The notes beneath the pieces were generated by a model, which worked only from the letters and a program-made list of their open reading frames with translations, was not told where the DNA came from and made no database searches. A stretch of DNA of 64,000 nt from Octopus sinensis (lineage: Eukaryota): contig NC_043016.1 in assembly GCF_006345805.1 (NCBI RefSeq), positions 25,482,001 through 25,546,000 of the forward strand, in the 5' to 3' direction. A program made the position numbers and the translations under genes. Shown piece by piece: positions 49,904 through 62,614 of the stretch. How positions within the stretch are numbered: the stretch's first letter is position 1; each line of letters starts with the position of its first letter.

Positions 49904-49905
<2 letters not shown>
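49718..49905 (+). mobile_element. Family B (TA)n-flanked repeat with hammerhead-like motif at 49780-49815
   Basis: cttt-ctgtgga-a-GAGC-atag-GCTC-GAAA-catt-aaag. Reverse copy at 62615-62810. Confidence 0.7.
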
Positions 49906-49942
<37 letters not shown>

Positions 49943-50018
49943 CACACACACACACATATATATATATACTCATTCACACACACATGGGGGCACGCAAACA
50001 CATACAAACACACACATA

Positions 50019-50522
50019 TACAAAGGTTGGCTGAAAAGTTCACAGGCTGACTAAGACAGTCATGGAATGTGGTTTGTTTTTCAAGAAAGTCCACCTTGCA
50101 GTGCATGCACTCCTTCCGTCAGTGATACAGTGCTTGGATCCCATTGCTGAAGAAACTTTCATTCTGTTGGTCAAAAAGTATCAACAGCAGGCATGATGTC
50201 ATCATCACTGCGATACTGCTTCCCAGACAGATGTTTTTTCATGTTGGGGAACAAATGATAGTCAGATGGGGCTAAATCAGGAGAATAGAGATCAACCAGT
50301 TCAAAGCCTCAGTCATACACAGCAGCCATTGAAAACAAGGACTTGTGTGCTGGAACAGTGTCCTGATGAAACAAGACTCCTCTTGTCAGTTTTCCTGGGC
50401 ATTTGACCTTGATAAGCTTTTGTAACTGCCTCAGCAAGTTGGCAAAGTACTCTCCATTGATGGTGTGGCCCTTTTGAAGATAGTCATAAACACAATGCCT
50501 TTTGCATCTCAAAAGACTGAGG
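50019..50522 (-). mobile_element. mariner 3' portion with TIR (same family as 15030-16557)
   Basis: TA then caaaggttggctgaaaagttc; DYLQKGHTINGEYFANLLRQL...GVLFHQDTVPAHKS. Confidence 0.9.
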
Positions 50523-50523
50523 C

Positions 50524-52110
50524 CCCAATAGTTGCAGGGATAAACCTGAACTTGTAATCTTGATAGAGTAACTGCAGATTTCTCAATAGTTCAGCATAGG
50601 TGTTCTCTTTTTCACTGATCTTCAGCTTTATGTTAACATCCACTGGGCAGCTAATTTCTACAACTGTGCACAGTTTCTCTTCTCTATCCCAAATCATTAT
50701 ATCAGTTCTGTTGTGCTTACATTTTATTGAGGTCTTCACTAGGACATTCCACCTGTACTCCTTTTTATTACGAGTGGCTATGGCTTCAACCATACTGTGG
50801 GTTCTTATTTCTTTGTCCTCGGGGTTATCCTTCTGACAGATTTCCTTATAGAGGGTCCTAGCTACAACATCATGTCTCATCAGTAGATAATACCATGATG
50901 ACATTTTCAGACAACTGCTTATGATGTGGGTGATACCTTCAGTGTGAATTCCACAAAGTCTGCATCAGTTTTCACATTTTACTGCTTTTCTCGTTTGTGC
51001 ATTAGGTGTTTGATTGATATTTCCTGTTCCTGAATTGCAAACACATACCCTTCAAGGTGGGAAGTAGTAATCTGGCTATTGGTCCATGATAAACTGCTTT
51101 GATGATCAATGTTACTATCATCATGGAGCTTTCTAGTAACATATCCATGCATAGTCTTCTGCCCATATAGGTTCATCCTTTCAGCTGATGATACACATTG
51201 CGGAAGAGTCATGTGACTTCTTTGAGCATGTATTCTAGGTTATCAAACAAAGAGTGTTGCTCAAGAAGCTACCTTCCAAGTCTTATAATGTTATCAGCCT
51301 CATGTATGCAAACTTGGTCAAGGCATGCACTTCGACACTAGGTGGTTAAAAGATGTTGCTGAAGGGATATGATATGACATTCAAAGGCATTTTGGATTGA
51401 TGTTAAGCCTCTTCTGCCTTGTTTTCATTTTAGCTAAAGGCAGTCTACATCACTGTTTATGTGGAAATTATATGTGCTTGTTAGTATTTTCAGGTTTTTT
51501 ATTAATGGCTCAGATTTCATCAAGCATCCAATCAAGCAGCCCAAATGTTGGTATTAATACTGGCATTGCAAACACATTCTGGGCCACTGTTTTATTGAAT
51601 GCAGAGAGTTCTGAGGTTCAAATTTTCTTTATTCAGTTGTAATATTCTTTAGTGACATGTGTTTTGTTACAGGTGCCACATTAAGATATATTTTCATCCA
51701 CCCCTATATACCTGTAACATTCCTCATCAGATAAAGAGGGAAACAGTCAAATCATTAAAGGAGATGTTACTAGTCTGGTTTACAGTTTTCCCTCTTTTCA
51801 CTACCAAAAAGCAACATTTATCCTGACCAAACTCCTAACTTACATCCTTTGAGAATGTTGTAACTAGGTCAAGGCTCTTTTTCATTTCATACATATTCTT
51901 TACATAAAGTTTTAAGTCTTCCACAAAGAAACATTGTGTAATTTTGGTATTTCTGTTTCCTTTTGAACCAGTGAGATATCCTTCAGACTTCCTTAACATG
52001 AAAGACAAGGGATTTACAGAAAGTATAAACAACATCACAGAGAAGCTGTCTCCTTGGAATATGCCTTTGCGATTCTGTAACCTATTGGTAATAATACATT
52101 CACCCTTTGT
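50524..52110 (-). mobile_element. R4/Dong-like RT-RLE retrotransposon family B, degraded, truncated at both ends
   Basis: LFILSVNPLSFML...FVEDLKLY (RT), HLEGYVFAIQEQEI, RHDVVARTLY, KHNRTDIMIWD...VVEISCP...KENTYAELL (RLE). Confidence 0.9.
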
Positions 52111-52210
52111 GTTTAATTTATGTATGCATGTATGTATGTATGTATGTATGTATGTATGTATGTATGTATGTATGTATGTATGTATGCATGTATGTATGTA
52201 TGTATGTATG

Positions 52211-52862
52211 TGTCAGGTCACTTTTGAGTGCTACTGGTAACATGTAACACAGTACAACCTGTTGCATGGTCGGGTCGTCGGCGACTAAACCGGCAACCCC
52301 ACCAAGCTTGCTTGGTGAGGAGGGTGTTTATTGGACACCCTGTGGGATGAAAAATAAAACCCGTCAAAGGGAGGAGGAACTCTTGAGAGTCAACGGCCAT
52401 CCAATAAATGTCTTAAGGCTGTATCATGCACGGGGACATAGAAATAATCGGACTGAATACCTGATCACGCAGTTAAACCATTGGGAGTGAAGGACTCCTA
52501 GCCTTTGTTAGGGCATCCTTCTAGGAGAAGGTAACTCAGGTAAATGGGATAAGTCCGACATAAAACCTGCGGCTCAGTGGTTACCGATGATGTTGACTTT
52601 TTCTTCTTTTTGGATTATGGCTGCTGTTGCTTAGTGAGTGGGATTGACTCTGTGCACAGCCTTTCCTCACTTTAAAAAAAATCTTCTTGCACAGGCATTG
52701 CACGATAACAACATTGTTCATGATTATTGATGGTGCTGTGAGTCTCAACTGAATGGCTGGCTGTAGCCTCAAAAAGCAATTAAAAGTCACATTCGATCAC
52801 AGCACCAATAACAGTTAAGCTTCGTGCCATGGCCATACTCGATAACGAGGGGGCAGCCATCA
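52211..52862 (+). mobile_element. ~650-bp non-autonomous retroelement embedded in (TATG)n
   Basis: Homolog of 20950-21590, with (TATG)n on both sides. Confidence 0.85.
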
Positions 52863-53468
52863 TGTATGTATGTATGTATGTATGTATGCATGTATGCATG
52901 TGTACATGTATGTATGTATGCATGTATGTATGCATGTATGCATGCATGTATGTATGCATGTATGTATGCATGTATGTATGTATGTATGTATGCATGTAAG
53001 TATGTATGTATGCATGCATGTATGTATGCATGTATGTATGTATATGTGAGTGTATCTGTGTATGTATGTATGTATGTTTGTATGTAAGTAAGTATGTATG
53101 TATGTATGTATGTATGTATGTATGTATGTATGCATGTATGTATGTATATGTGAGTGTATCTGTGTATGTTTATGTCTCTCACTGTTGACATTGTGTGATA
53201 GTTGTAAATGAGTATCACCATCATACAAGCAGTGTCATATATTTTCAGTCCTCCATGAAAATCATGTCTGGTCATGAGGAAAATATTATGTTGCTTGGAA
53301 ACAGGTGTATATTGGCAACATGATGGGAAAATTTGCCTCAATAAACTTTGTCCCACCCATGCCAGCATGGAAAAATGGACATTCGATGGAGATGATGATT
53401 TATGCATACACCTACACATATACATGCATACAAATGTGTGTGCATGTGTGTGTGGTGTGTGTGTGTGT

Positions 53469-53517
<49 letters not shown>

Positions 53518-54039
53518 ACACAGATGCCTTCCACACATTCACCACTGCGTAGCACATGGTGCTAGATAAAGCAGTGAATCACATAATATTTGAAAGCAAT
53601 TAAATTATTTTAAAATATAAGAATTTGAAATGTTTTCTTTTTTATTACAAATAATAATCTTACATTTTTCTTTCGTTCTTTTTTTTTTTTTCATATTTTT
53701 GAGGAACGAGTCATGGCATTCATAAAGAAAATGCAAAGAAAAGAAAATTTGAAAAACGAGAATATAAAAAAGTCAAATTATCACATTTTGTTTACAAATA
53801 TATTTTTTAAACAGTTCATATTTTTAAACTATTTATGATTTTAAATATTATATTTAAATTTTTTGTATTTGTATATTGCATTCATATTTTTAAACAATTT
53901 ATATTTCTAAACCTTTTACATTCTTAAATATATTTATATTTTTGTATTTATATTTTATATATATATTACACTTATTTTTAAAATATCGTTTTTTAAATAT
54001 ATTTATATTTATATTATATATATATACATATATTATATC

Positions 54040-54091
<52 letters not shown>

Positions 54092-54627
54092 TTATATTTG
54101 TATCATATTTTAAACCATTTATATTTTCAAAACTTTATATTTTTAAATATATTATATTTTTGTATTTATATTTCTTATATATTTTTTAAACAATTTATAT
54201 TTTTTATTTTCTATGTTAACAAGAAAAACCATTCTTATAAGAATCACAGAGGTCTGGTTTTAGACAAGATTTAATTAGATGATATTTTTGAGATTCTTGA
54301 GGATAATTCACATCTGAAGAGAAACCAATTAAGAATTGGAAAGCTTTAAAGATGCAGGCTCAATTGATAGTCAAAGAAATAAATAGACCAAAAATAAAGT
54401 CATTGTTTGTTGTAGGAGGAATTAACTTTTTTTTTTAATTACCCCCAAAAATTGTTTTAACCCTTCTGGTATGATACCAACCTCTCTTCAGCCACCCTCC
54501 TGTGACTTTTTCATAAAAAAATATTTCTATTTTAATATCTTCATATTTAACTTAAAAACCTTTCTCTTCATAATTTCATGCAGGAATTACTTTGTTAAGC
54601 CATGTTCCAGACATCAGCTTAATATAC

Positions 54628-54860
54628 CTATTTCTATACTACCCACAAGGGGCTAAACACAGAGGGGACAAACATGGCCAGACAAACGGATTAAGTTCAT
54701 TACATCAACCCCAGTGCGTAACTGGTGCTTTCTTTATCGACCCCGAAAGGATGAAAGGCAAAGTCAACCTCGGCGGAATTTGAACTCAGAACGTAATGGC
54801 AGACGAAATACTGCTAAGCATTTCGCCTGTTGTGCTAACGATTCTGCCAGCTCGCCGCCT
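54628..54860 (-). mobile_element. SINE S2, well preserved
   Basis: Reverse complement of 24744-24975; head aggcggcgagctggcagaatcgttagc. Confidence 0.88.
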
Positions 54861-55010
54861 CACAGGAGGCTGGCTGAAGAGAGGGTGGTATCATACGAGA
54901 AGAGTTTAAAAAATTTTCTTTTCATTAATAGGTATATTAAGCTGATGAAAAGGGTTATTATTTTACCAAATCCTTAAAATTTACAATATTTCTGCTGAAA
55001 TACATTCTTT

Positions 55011-55230
55011 ACTCTTTATTCTCTTTTACTCTTTTACTTGTTTCAGTCATTTGACTGTGGCTATGTTGGAGCACCGCCTTTAATCGAGCAACTCGATCCC
55101 GGGACTTACTCTTTTGTAAGCCCAGTACTTATTCTATCGGTCTCCTTTACCAAACCGGTAAGTTACGGGGACATAAACACACCAGCATCGGTTGTCAAGC
55201 TATACTAGGGGTACAAACACAGACACACAA

Positions 55231-55263
<33 letters not shown>

Positions 55264-55427
55264 CGACAGGCTTCTTTCAGTTTCCATCTACCAAATCCCC
55301 TCACAAGGCTTTGGTTGGCCCGAGGCTATAGTAGAAGACACTTGCCCAAGGTGCCACGCAGTGGGACTGAACCCGGAACCATGTGGTTGGTAAACAAGCT
55401 ACTTACCACACAGCCACTCCTGTGCCT
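55011..55427 (-). mobile_element. Full-length SINE S1
   Basis: Reverse complement of 17521-17972. Confidence 0.9.
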
Positions 55428-56879
55428 ATTCTTTGTTTCAATAAATTTTGAAAACAATGAAGAATTTATTAAAATAACTTCGTCATAAGTAAGTTGATAT
55501 TTGGAACATAAATTAACATAAATTTTTGATGGTAAGTTTAAATTTAGCTTACTTTGTGACACAGAACAAAAGGTGATTTCAGGTGAGTTGTTAATGAAAA
55601 GGATGATCTGTTTTTCTATGCTAGCAGAGGTTGGGACAAAGACATATCTGAGGCAGCATTTTATAGCCAGATGTTCTTCTTTGACCCCAAATTTTGACTG
55701 TTATCAAGTAATGGAATTTTTAAAAATATCCATTGCTTTTCAAATCCACAGAGCAATGGGACATATTAGCTGGGAATGTAACCACTACATCACTGCTTTT
55801 GCTCGATAGTAACACTTGAAGATGCAGATTATCAACATTATTGCACACACAGACACACAAACACACATGCATACACACACATCACACTCACACATGCACA
55901 AACTTGCACATACTTACACACATGCATATACACCACCACCCCTCACACACACATACACAAATTTATAAATTAAGCTTTTTACATTTGACACAGAATTTCT
56001 GAATTTATTTTTTGTTCTTTGTTAATGATTAATCATCGTCATCATCACTATCCTCCTCCTCCTCCTCATCATCATCATCATCATCCTCCTCCTCCTCATC
56101 ATCATCATCATCATCATCATCACCACAACCACCACCATCAATATCATCATCAACATCATTCACTTTACATTTGCTTTCCATACTGACATATGTTGAACAG
56201 GACATCACAGCCACCCTATTCCCATGAAAAATGGTGCTTCTAATTGTTGTTTGGCTTTGTTCTCTATGGATTGATGCCCTTGCAATCAACAAGCCCTTCA
56301 TACATCATGAGACAGTATTAAATGGACCTCATAGCCCCATGCTTTCTTACCTCATTTGCCAAATCCTTTACAGTGTGTACTGACTACTTACTAAAATAAT
56401 CTCATTATCATAATTAATGCTATATCATTAATTATTCAAAGATTAGTGATGTTAATTATTGTATTTTTATATCAGATTACTCAGTTTTGTATGTCAAAGG
56501 AAAAAAATTTAGGTTATATTCCACAATTTTATTCTGTTGCCAGAGAACATTCCAAAGTCAATTTGACTTATATGTATGACAGAACTTTCAAATAACAGAA
56601 TGTTACCATAAAAGGTATAAAACCATTTGGAAAACAATTTAACTCTCTGGTGTTTAAACCAGCCAAATCTGGCCCAAATATCCCAGCAGTTTTATGCTCA
56701 AACTGGACAAATCTGGCTTCTCACATCTGACCTACAATGTTTTTCTAAAGACAGACAATCACTCTAACAAAATCTCAAAGCTACAAGATAATACATAATT
56801 AATTCAAAACAATATGAATACATAAAGCATTACATTTGACTTAAGGGTTAATACCTTTTGGTATTGTTCAAGGCATGAT

Positions 56880-57900
56880 ACCAAGAAGGGAAAATCACAA
56901 GAGTTCTTTTAACAAAATAAAGAAACTGAGTGATGATTTCTAAGCTATATAAACATTGAATCAGTTGTTTAGCAAAGGATTATCCATAGTATACAACAGT
57001 TTATTTAAATCCCTTGAGATTACCAAAACAATTTCAAAAGCTTTGAAGCCACATAATGAAGCCACATTTTGAGTGTGGAATATGTTGTCTTTTCAATTGT
57101 CATGAGGCATGGCACACATTAATTAACCAAAGGTCATCTCTTACAACAACTGATCAGTTTTTGGACAGCTTCAAAATAAAACCTGTTTACCCCTACAAAT
57201 GGATGAAACAACTTTTAATGATAATAAACAACTAATTATGCATGTTTTGTTTTGGAATATCTATCAACTCAAGAGGAAATGTTTTTCACCTGAAGAGAGA
57301 CAATGGATACCAAGACATGGAATGATTGTTAAAGAATTTGAGATTTATTTAAAAAAAAACAATATTCTACTTTGAAATATAATGGTTTATGCAGTGGACG
57401 GTATTACCTTTTGAAAAAAAAAAATTAGGATTTTTTTTTGCATACACCGTATGGTCCAGCATCAAAATTTAGAAGCAGAAAAATTGGGACAGCATCTGCC
57501 AGATACCCCTAGCCATTGTAATAAAAACTGCCAACATTATCAAATTAAATGCATTTCAAGACTGTCTTTTTTTTAACTTGCAATGTTTGTGGCAAAAACG
57601 ACAGTCTGAATAGCTACTGATGCAGACAGAGGTGTTAAGTTTATCAAAAGCTAATTGTCTTTGTAGCTTTGTTGCATTTGGAGACAGATTTGTCATTTCT
57701 GAAAAGTAAGCAGCTTGCTGAACAGTTTGTTGTTGCTGCTGTTATGGGTAATATATTTTACCTGCCAGGTGTATTTGAAAAAGTTTAATTTGTTAAACAA
57801 AACAGAAGGAGAAAACTGTAATCTTATATCTTGCAAACAGGCTATTATTGCATTCATAAGAAAACTCAAGCTTTTCTGAATTAATATATGATGTTATGAT
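56880..57900 (+). mobile_element. Highly degraded hAT (Buster/Charlie, ZBED5-like) transposase
   Basis: SLEITKTISKALKPHN, LQMDETT, AVDG, HRMVQHQNL, and an HTEVRWLS-like/GNCL segment appear in the expected order. Many frameshifts. Confidence 0.65.
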
Positions 57901-58650
57901 TTGGTGCATTTTTCAATCATGGCTACCATTCAAACTGAACTATAAAATGGCAATCTTTTTGTGTTTGTTGAATATTTTGAAATCCTTGTATAGACCAGGG
58001 GAGGCATAGTTGTGCATATGCTTGATGTAGCATCGTACCATTATAAGAGTAAATTGAACAGATGTTATGGAATTTGGTGTCAGTAGCAATGCAGATTCTA
58101 AATTTGGATTTTCAACTGTAAAAATGCCAGCATAACTTTTGGCAATAAAGTTCTTAATACTCTTTAGGATCATTAGTAATTTGACATGTGTGGGGTTAGC
58201 AGAGTGGGCCAAGTGGAGAGTAAGGCCTCTGTTTCAAATGCACATACTTTCAGAACATTTTACTATTCAGCATACCCTAACTGGAAAGATAGAAAAGAGT
58301 TGGTGGTAATGAGATATCAGGACATAAACTCGAAGTATAAGAAGGTGAACATATGAGAGAACAGGAACAGGGAATTGGAAAGAGTAGGTGGATAAAGTTT
58401 GTGAGATTGTGGATGGAGAACAACAGACTTTTCGAGATGGAGGTAGAGGTGAATGTAGTGAATGGTGAACACAGGTGGAGGTGTGGTCAATGTTGAATAT
58501 CAATTTTGGGTGGGAAGGTAAAGGAAATAGGAGTGAGTCAGACAAGAGTAGAGGTGCCTGCAGTGAACTGCCTTTAGAAGTTAAAATATGTTACAAACAT
58601 ATATACATATCTGTATCTATATCTATATCTATATCTGTATATATATTGTG

Positions 58651-58696
<46 letters not shown>

Positions 58697-58944
58697 ATTA
58701 TATATAATCATTATCATCATCATCATCATCGTTTAACGTCCGCTTTCCATGCTAGCATGGGTTGGACTTTGACTGAGGTCTGGGCGACCACTCCGAGAGT
58801 GTAGTGGGTGCTTTTACATGTCACTGGCACGAGGGCCAGTTAGGTGGTACTTGCAATGGCCACACTCAAAGGTGCTTTTTATGTGGCACTGGCAATGACC
58901 TCGCTCGAATGTTTTTTCACATGCCCCAAACACAAGTGCTAGTA

Positions 58945-59675
58945 AGGCAATGCAGGTAACAATCACGCTTGAATGGTGCCATGATAGGGTGCTTGCAACA
59001 CTTGCTCACATCCTAGAGCAGGAAAGACACAAAAAACATCATCATCAGGGGAAGGCAACAGCAACAATTAAATACAGAAACAAGGAAGAGAAGCCAGAAA
59101 AGTCAGTAACACCAATATATAACTTGCTGCATGGATCTCAACCATGGGATATGAAAGCGAACCTATGGGAGAACTGTAGTTTCCCCAGGTCGCCCATACA
59201 ACCCTGAGGTCAGATATGGTCCAATGGTTTGAAAAGGCCAAGAAAATTATCATAATTGAACTCAGAGTCCTGTTGGAAAAGGAGTATGATGAGACTCGTG
59301 AATGGAAGTGTGCCAAATACAAGAGCCTTCTGCAGGATTGCAGGGAGAAGGGATAGCAGGTATGGTTTTTCCCAACTGAGGATGACTGTAGTGGATTCCC
59401 TGCTCAGTCGGCATAGAAGATTCTTACAGCAATTTGAATGAGAGGTAAAGAGCGAAGGGTGACTGTGTGCAGGATGGGAAATGTAGTTGGCTTTGGAGCA
59501 AGAGATAAGAGTTAAGCTGGAAGCCAGGAAATGAGGAGCTGTGACTAAGCAACTCTGCTGACCCCACCAAGAGAGGGTGTTTATGGATCATGGCTGAAAC
59601 ACCCAATAAAAATGGATACTGGTCTGATGACATCAGTTCCTCCTGGTCAAGGCTCCGTTCACTCACTGGTGGAAA
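58945..59675 (+). mobile_element. HERO-like RLE non-LTR retrotransposon 3' fragment
   Basis: WCHDRVLATLAHILE, PWDMKA, TTLRSDMVQWFEKAKKIIIIEL, KCAKYKSLLQDCREKG*QVWFFP..DCSGFPAQS, SWLWSKR, then a 3' UTR. Clade call from memory. Confidence 0.75.
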
Positions 59676-60121
59676 GGAAAAAGCACCTCCTTATAGCTGT
59701 TATTAACACATGCATGTATATATATATATACATGACAGGCTTCTTTCAGAAAATTACTATTTTAAAATTTATATGTAAGTGAAGGGGTGCATGGCTCAGT
59801 GGTTAGAGCGTCAAGCTTACGATCATGAAGTTGTGAGTTCGAATCCCGGACTGGGCTGCATGTTGTGTTCTTGAGCAAGACACTATATTTCACGTTGCTC
59901 CAGTTCACTCATCTGTAGAAATGAGTTGCGACATCACAGGTGCCAAGCTGTATCGGCCTTTGCCTTTCCCTTGGATAACACTGGTGGCATGGACAAGGGA
60001 GGCCGGTATACATGGGCAACTGCTGGTCTTCCATAAACAACCTTGCCCAAACTTGTGCCTGGGAGGGTAACTTTCTAGGTGCAATCACATGGTCTGTGTC
60101 GTTACCGAAGGGGGTTTCAGA

Positions 60122-60192
<71 letters not shown>

Positions 60193-60258
60193 CATATTAT
60201 ATATACAATATATATTATATACATATATTATATATATTAATATATATATATATATATT

Positions 60259-60295
<37 letters not shown>

Positions 60296-60343
60296 GTAAT
60301 AGTATATATATATATTATGTGTGTGTGTGTGGTGTGTGGTATG

Positions 60344-60431
<88 letters not shown>

Positions 60432-60442
60432 TATATTATATA

Positions 60443-60768
60443 TATATATATAAACATATATAAGGGTAAATGTAGAGGAAGCAGGTTAGACAGATCAATA
60501 TATAAAGTACATTAAATACATGATATACAAAAAATGTATATATGTATACGTATAAAAAGGTCCGGCTTACACAGAGTACAAATGATATACAAAGGTGATA
60601 GAAAAGAATTACAAATCCAACAGCTGTTTCTGGGGCTCTGTGTGTAGATTGATTCCATCATAGGATGAGATGAGCCTCCTCTTCAGGGAAGAGATCTTGC
60701 ATTTGAGATGTTAAAGGAGGGCAGTTCAAAAATGGAACTATACAGAGAATATCTGGATCTCATCTAAG

Positions 60769-60770
<2 letters not shown>
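60443..60770 (-). mobile_element. (TA)n-flanked repeat with hammerhead-like motif at 60616-60689
   Basis: Minus strand: tcc-CTGAAGA-...ggctc...gagcc..-GAAA-CAGCTG-TT-gga. Confidence 0.55.
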
Positions 60771-60817
<47 letters not shown>

Positions 60818-60822
60818 TATAT

Positions 60823-60932
<110 letters not shown>

Positions 60933-61475
60933 ATATATATATATATACATATTTACATAATATATACATAATTATATATAATTATATATCAAATATAAAT
61001 ATAAATATTATGAAGTATATTTGCCATCTAATGTGGCAGTCCCATAGAGGATGATGCTGCTGTTGTTTATAGCCCCAAAAGGACATCTCCCCTAGCTGGC
61101 TAATGACACACTGTCTGTGCCTGATTAGTATTTGCAAAGGGAAAGCATCGTTCCCATCTCTAGCCTTACATGATACACACAGACCCAGGTTTTTGGTTAA
61201 TAACCTGTCATGAGTGCATGATAATCGCCAGCTAGTGATAAGAACTCATTCCAAACGCAAAATACTATATGCTTTTTCCAGTGACAAACTGTTGTTGATC
61301 TCAAAAAAGGAGAAACAAGCAATATTAAATCTCTGAGTGAGAAGTAAATAGTAGCAGCACAGAATTGTGAAGTATATTTGCGACCTAAATGTGGCAGTCC
61401 CATAGAGGACAATGCTACTGTTGTTTATATAAATACATATACATATATGCATATTTACAAAAACATACATATTTT

Positions 61476-61870
61476 CTTTTATTCTTTTACTTGTTTCGGT
61501 CATTTGACTGTGGCCATGCTGGAGCACCACCTTTAGTTGAACAAATTGACCCCAGGACTTATTCTTTGTAAGCCTAGTAATTAATGTACTGGTATCTTTT
61601 TGCCAAATTGCTAAGTTACAGGGATGTAAACTCACCAACATCAGTTGTCAAGCGATGGTGGTGGGACAAATACAGAGACACAAGCATATACTTATATATA
61701 CATATATATGATGGGCTTCTTTCAGTTTCCGTCTACCAAAACCACTCACAAGGTTTTTGGTTGGCCCGAGGCTATGGCAGAAGACGCTTGCCCAAGGTGC
61801 CATGCAGTGGGACTGAACCCAGAACCATGTGGTTGGAAAGCAAGCTTCTTACCACACAACCACACCTACA
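61476..61870 (-). mobile_element. SINE S1, near full length
   Basis: Reverse complement of S1. Confidence 0.85.
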
Positions 61871-62117
61871 TCTAAAAAATGTACCCCAGGTGAGGCAAAC
61901 TGAACTTACTGCAATGCCTCTGTGCGACTGTTTACTGGTTGCATACCCAAGATATTTTGCATATTCCATCTGTAAATTATGAATATTAAGATTATTACAG
62001 GTGCCGAACTTCCTGAAACAGCCTTAAAGTTAAGAAATCATGTCTTCTCTTCTTAGTATTCGGTATTTTTATATTGTATGTATGTGTATTATATATATAT
62101 ATTACACACATATACAT

Positions 62118-62174
<57 letters not shown>

Positions 62175-62215
62175 ATATATATTATATATATATAATATTA
62201 TATATATATATATAT

Positions 62216-62425
62216 AAAGTTAATCCAAACAAGAAAGCAAAAAAAACACAACAACGCGAGGACATGGAACAATATAGTATTATTGGACGCTCAGGAAAGA
62301 AGGAGGGTTTAACATTTCGAGCAGAGCTCTTCTTCGGAAACATAGGAGAAGGAAAGATCCAGAGAAGGGAAGACAGAGGAAAAAAAATCACCAATGGTAC
62401 ACACGAGGTCACATTTTGTACATGT
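62216..62425 (-). mobile_element. Family A repeat with hammerhead-like motif at 62307-62341
   Basis: Minus strand: gttt-ccgaaga-a-GAGC-tct-GCTC-GAAA-tgtt-aaac; (TA)n on both sides. Confidence 0.7.
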
Positions 62426-62438
62426 GTATATATATACA

Positions 62439-62511
<73 letters not shown>

Positions 62512-62614
62512 CACAGAGAAACACATAAATGTGATTTGTTGAATTTTCTGCTGCTTTAAATAAAGTATATATATATATTATATATATATATTACACAACA
62601 TATACATATATTAT

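Noticed and set aside
53704-53772. Exon ERVMAFIKKMQRKENLKNENIKK after a long pyrimidine tract
   Set aside because: The acceptor is GAG rather than YAG, there is no good donor, and the peptide reflects A-rich composition.
61012-61430. ~60-bp direct repeat (61012-61070 and 61369-61430) as LTRs
   Set aside because: Too short and diverged, with no TG...CA ends, PBS or PPT. Probably two fragments of a dispersed repeat.
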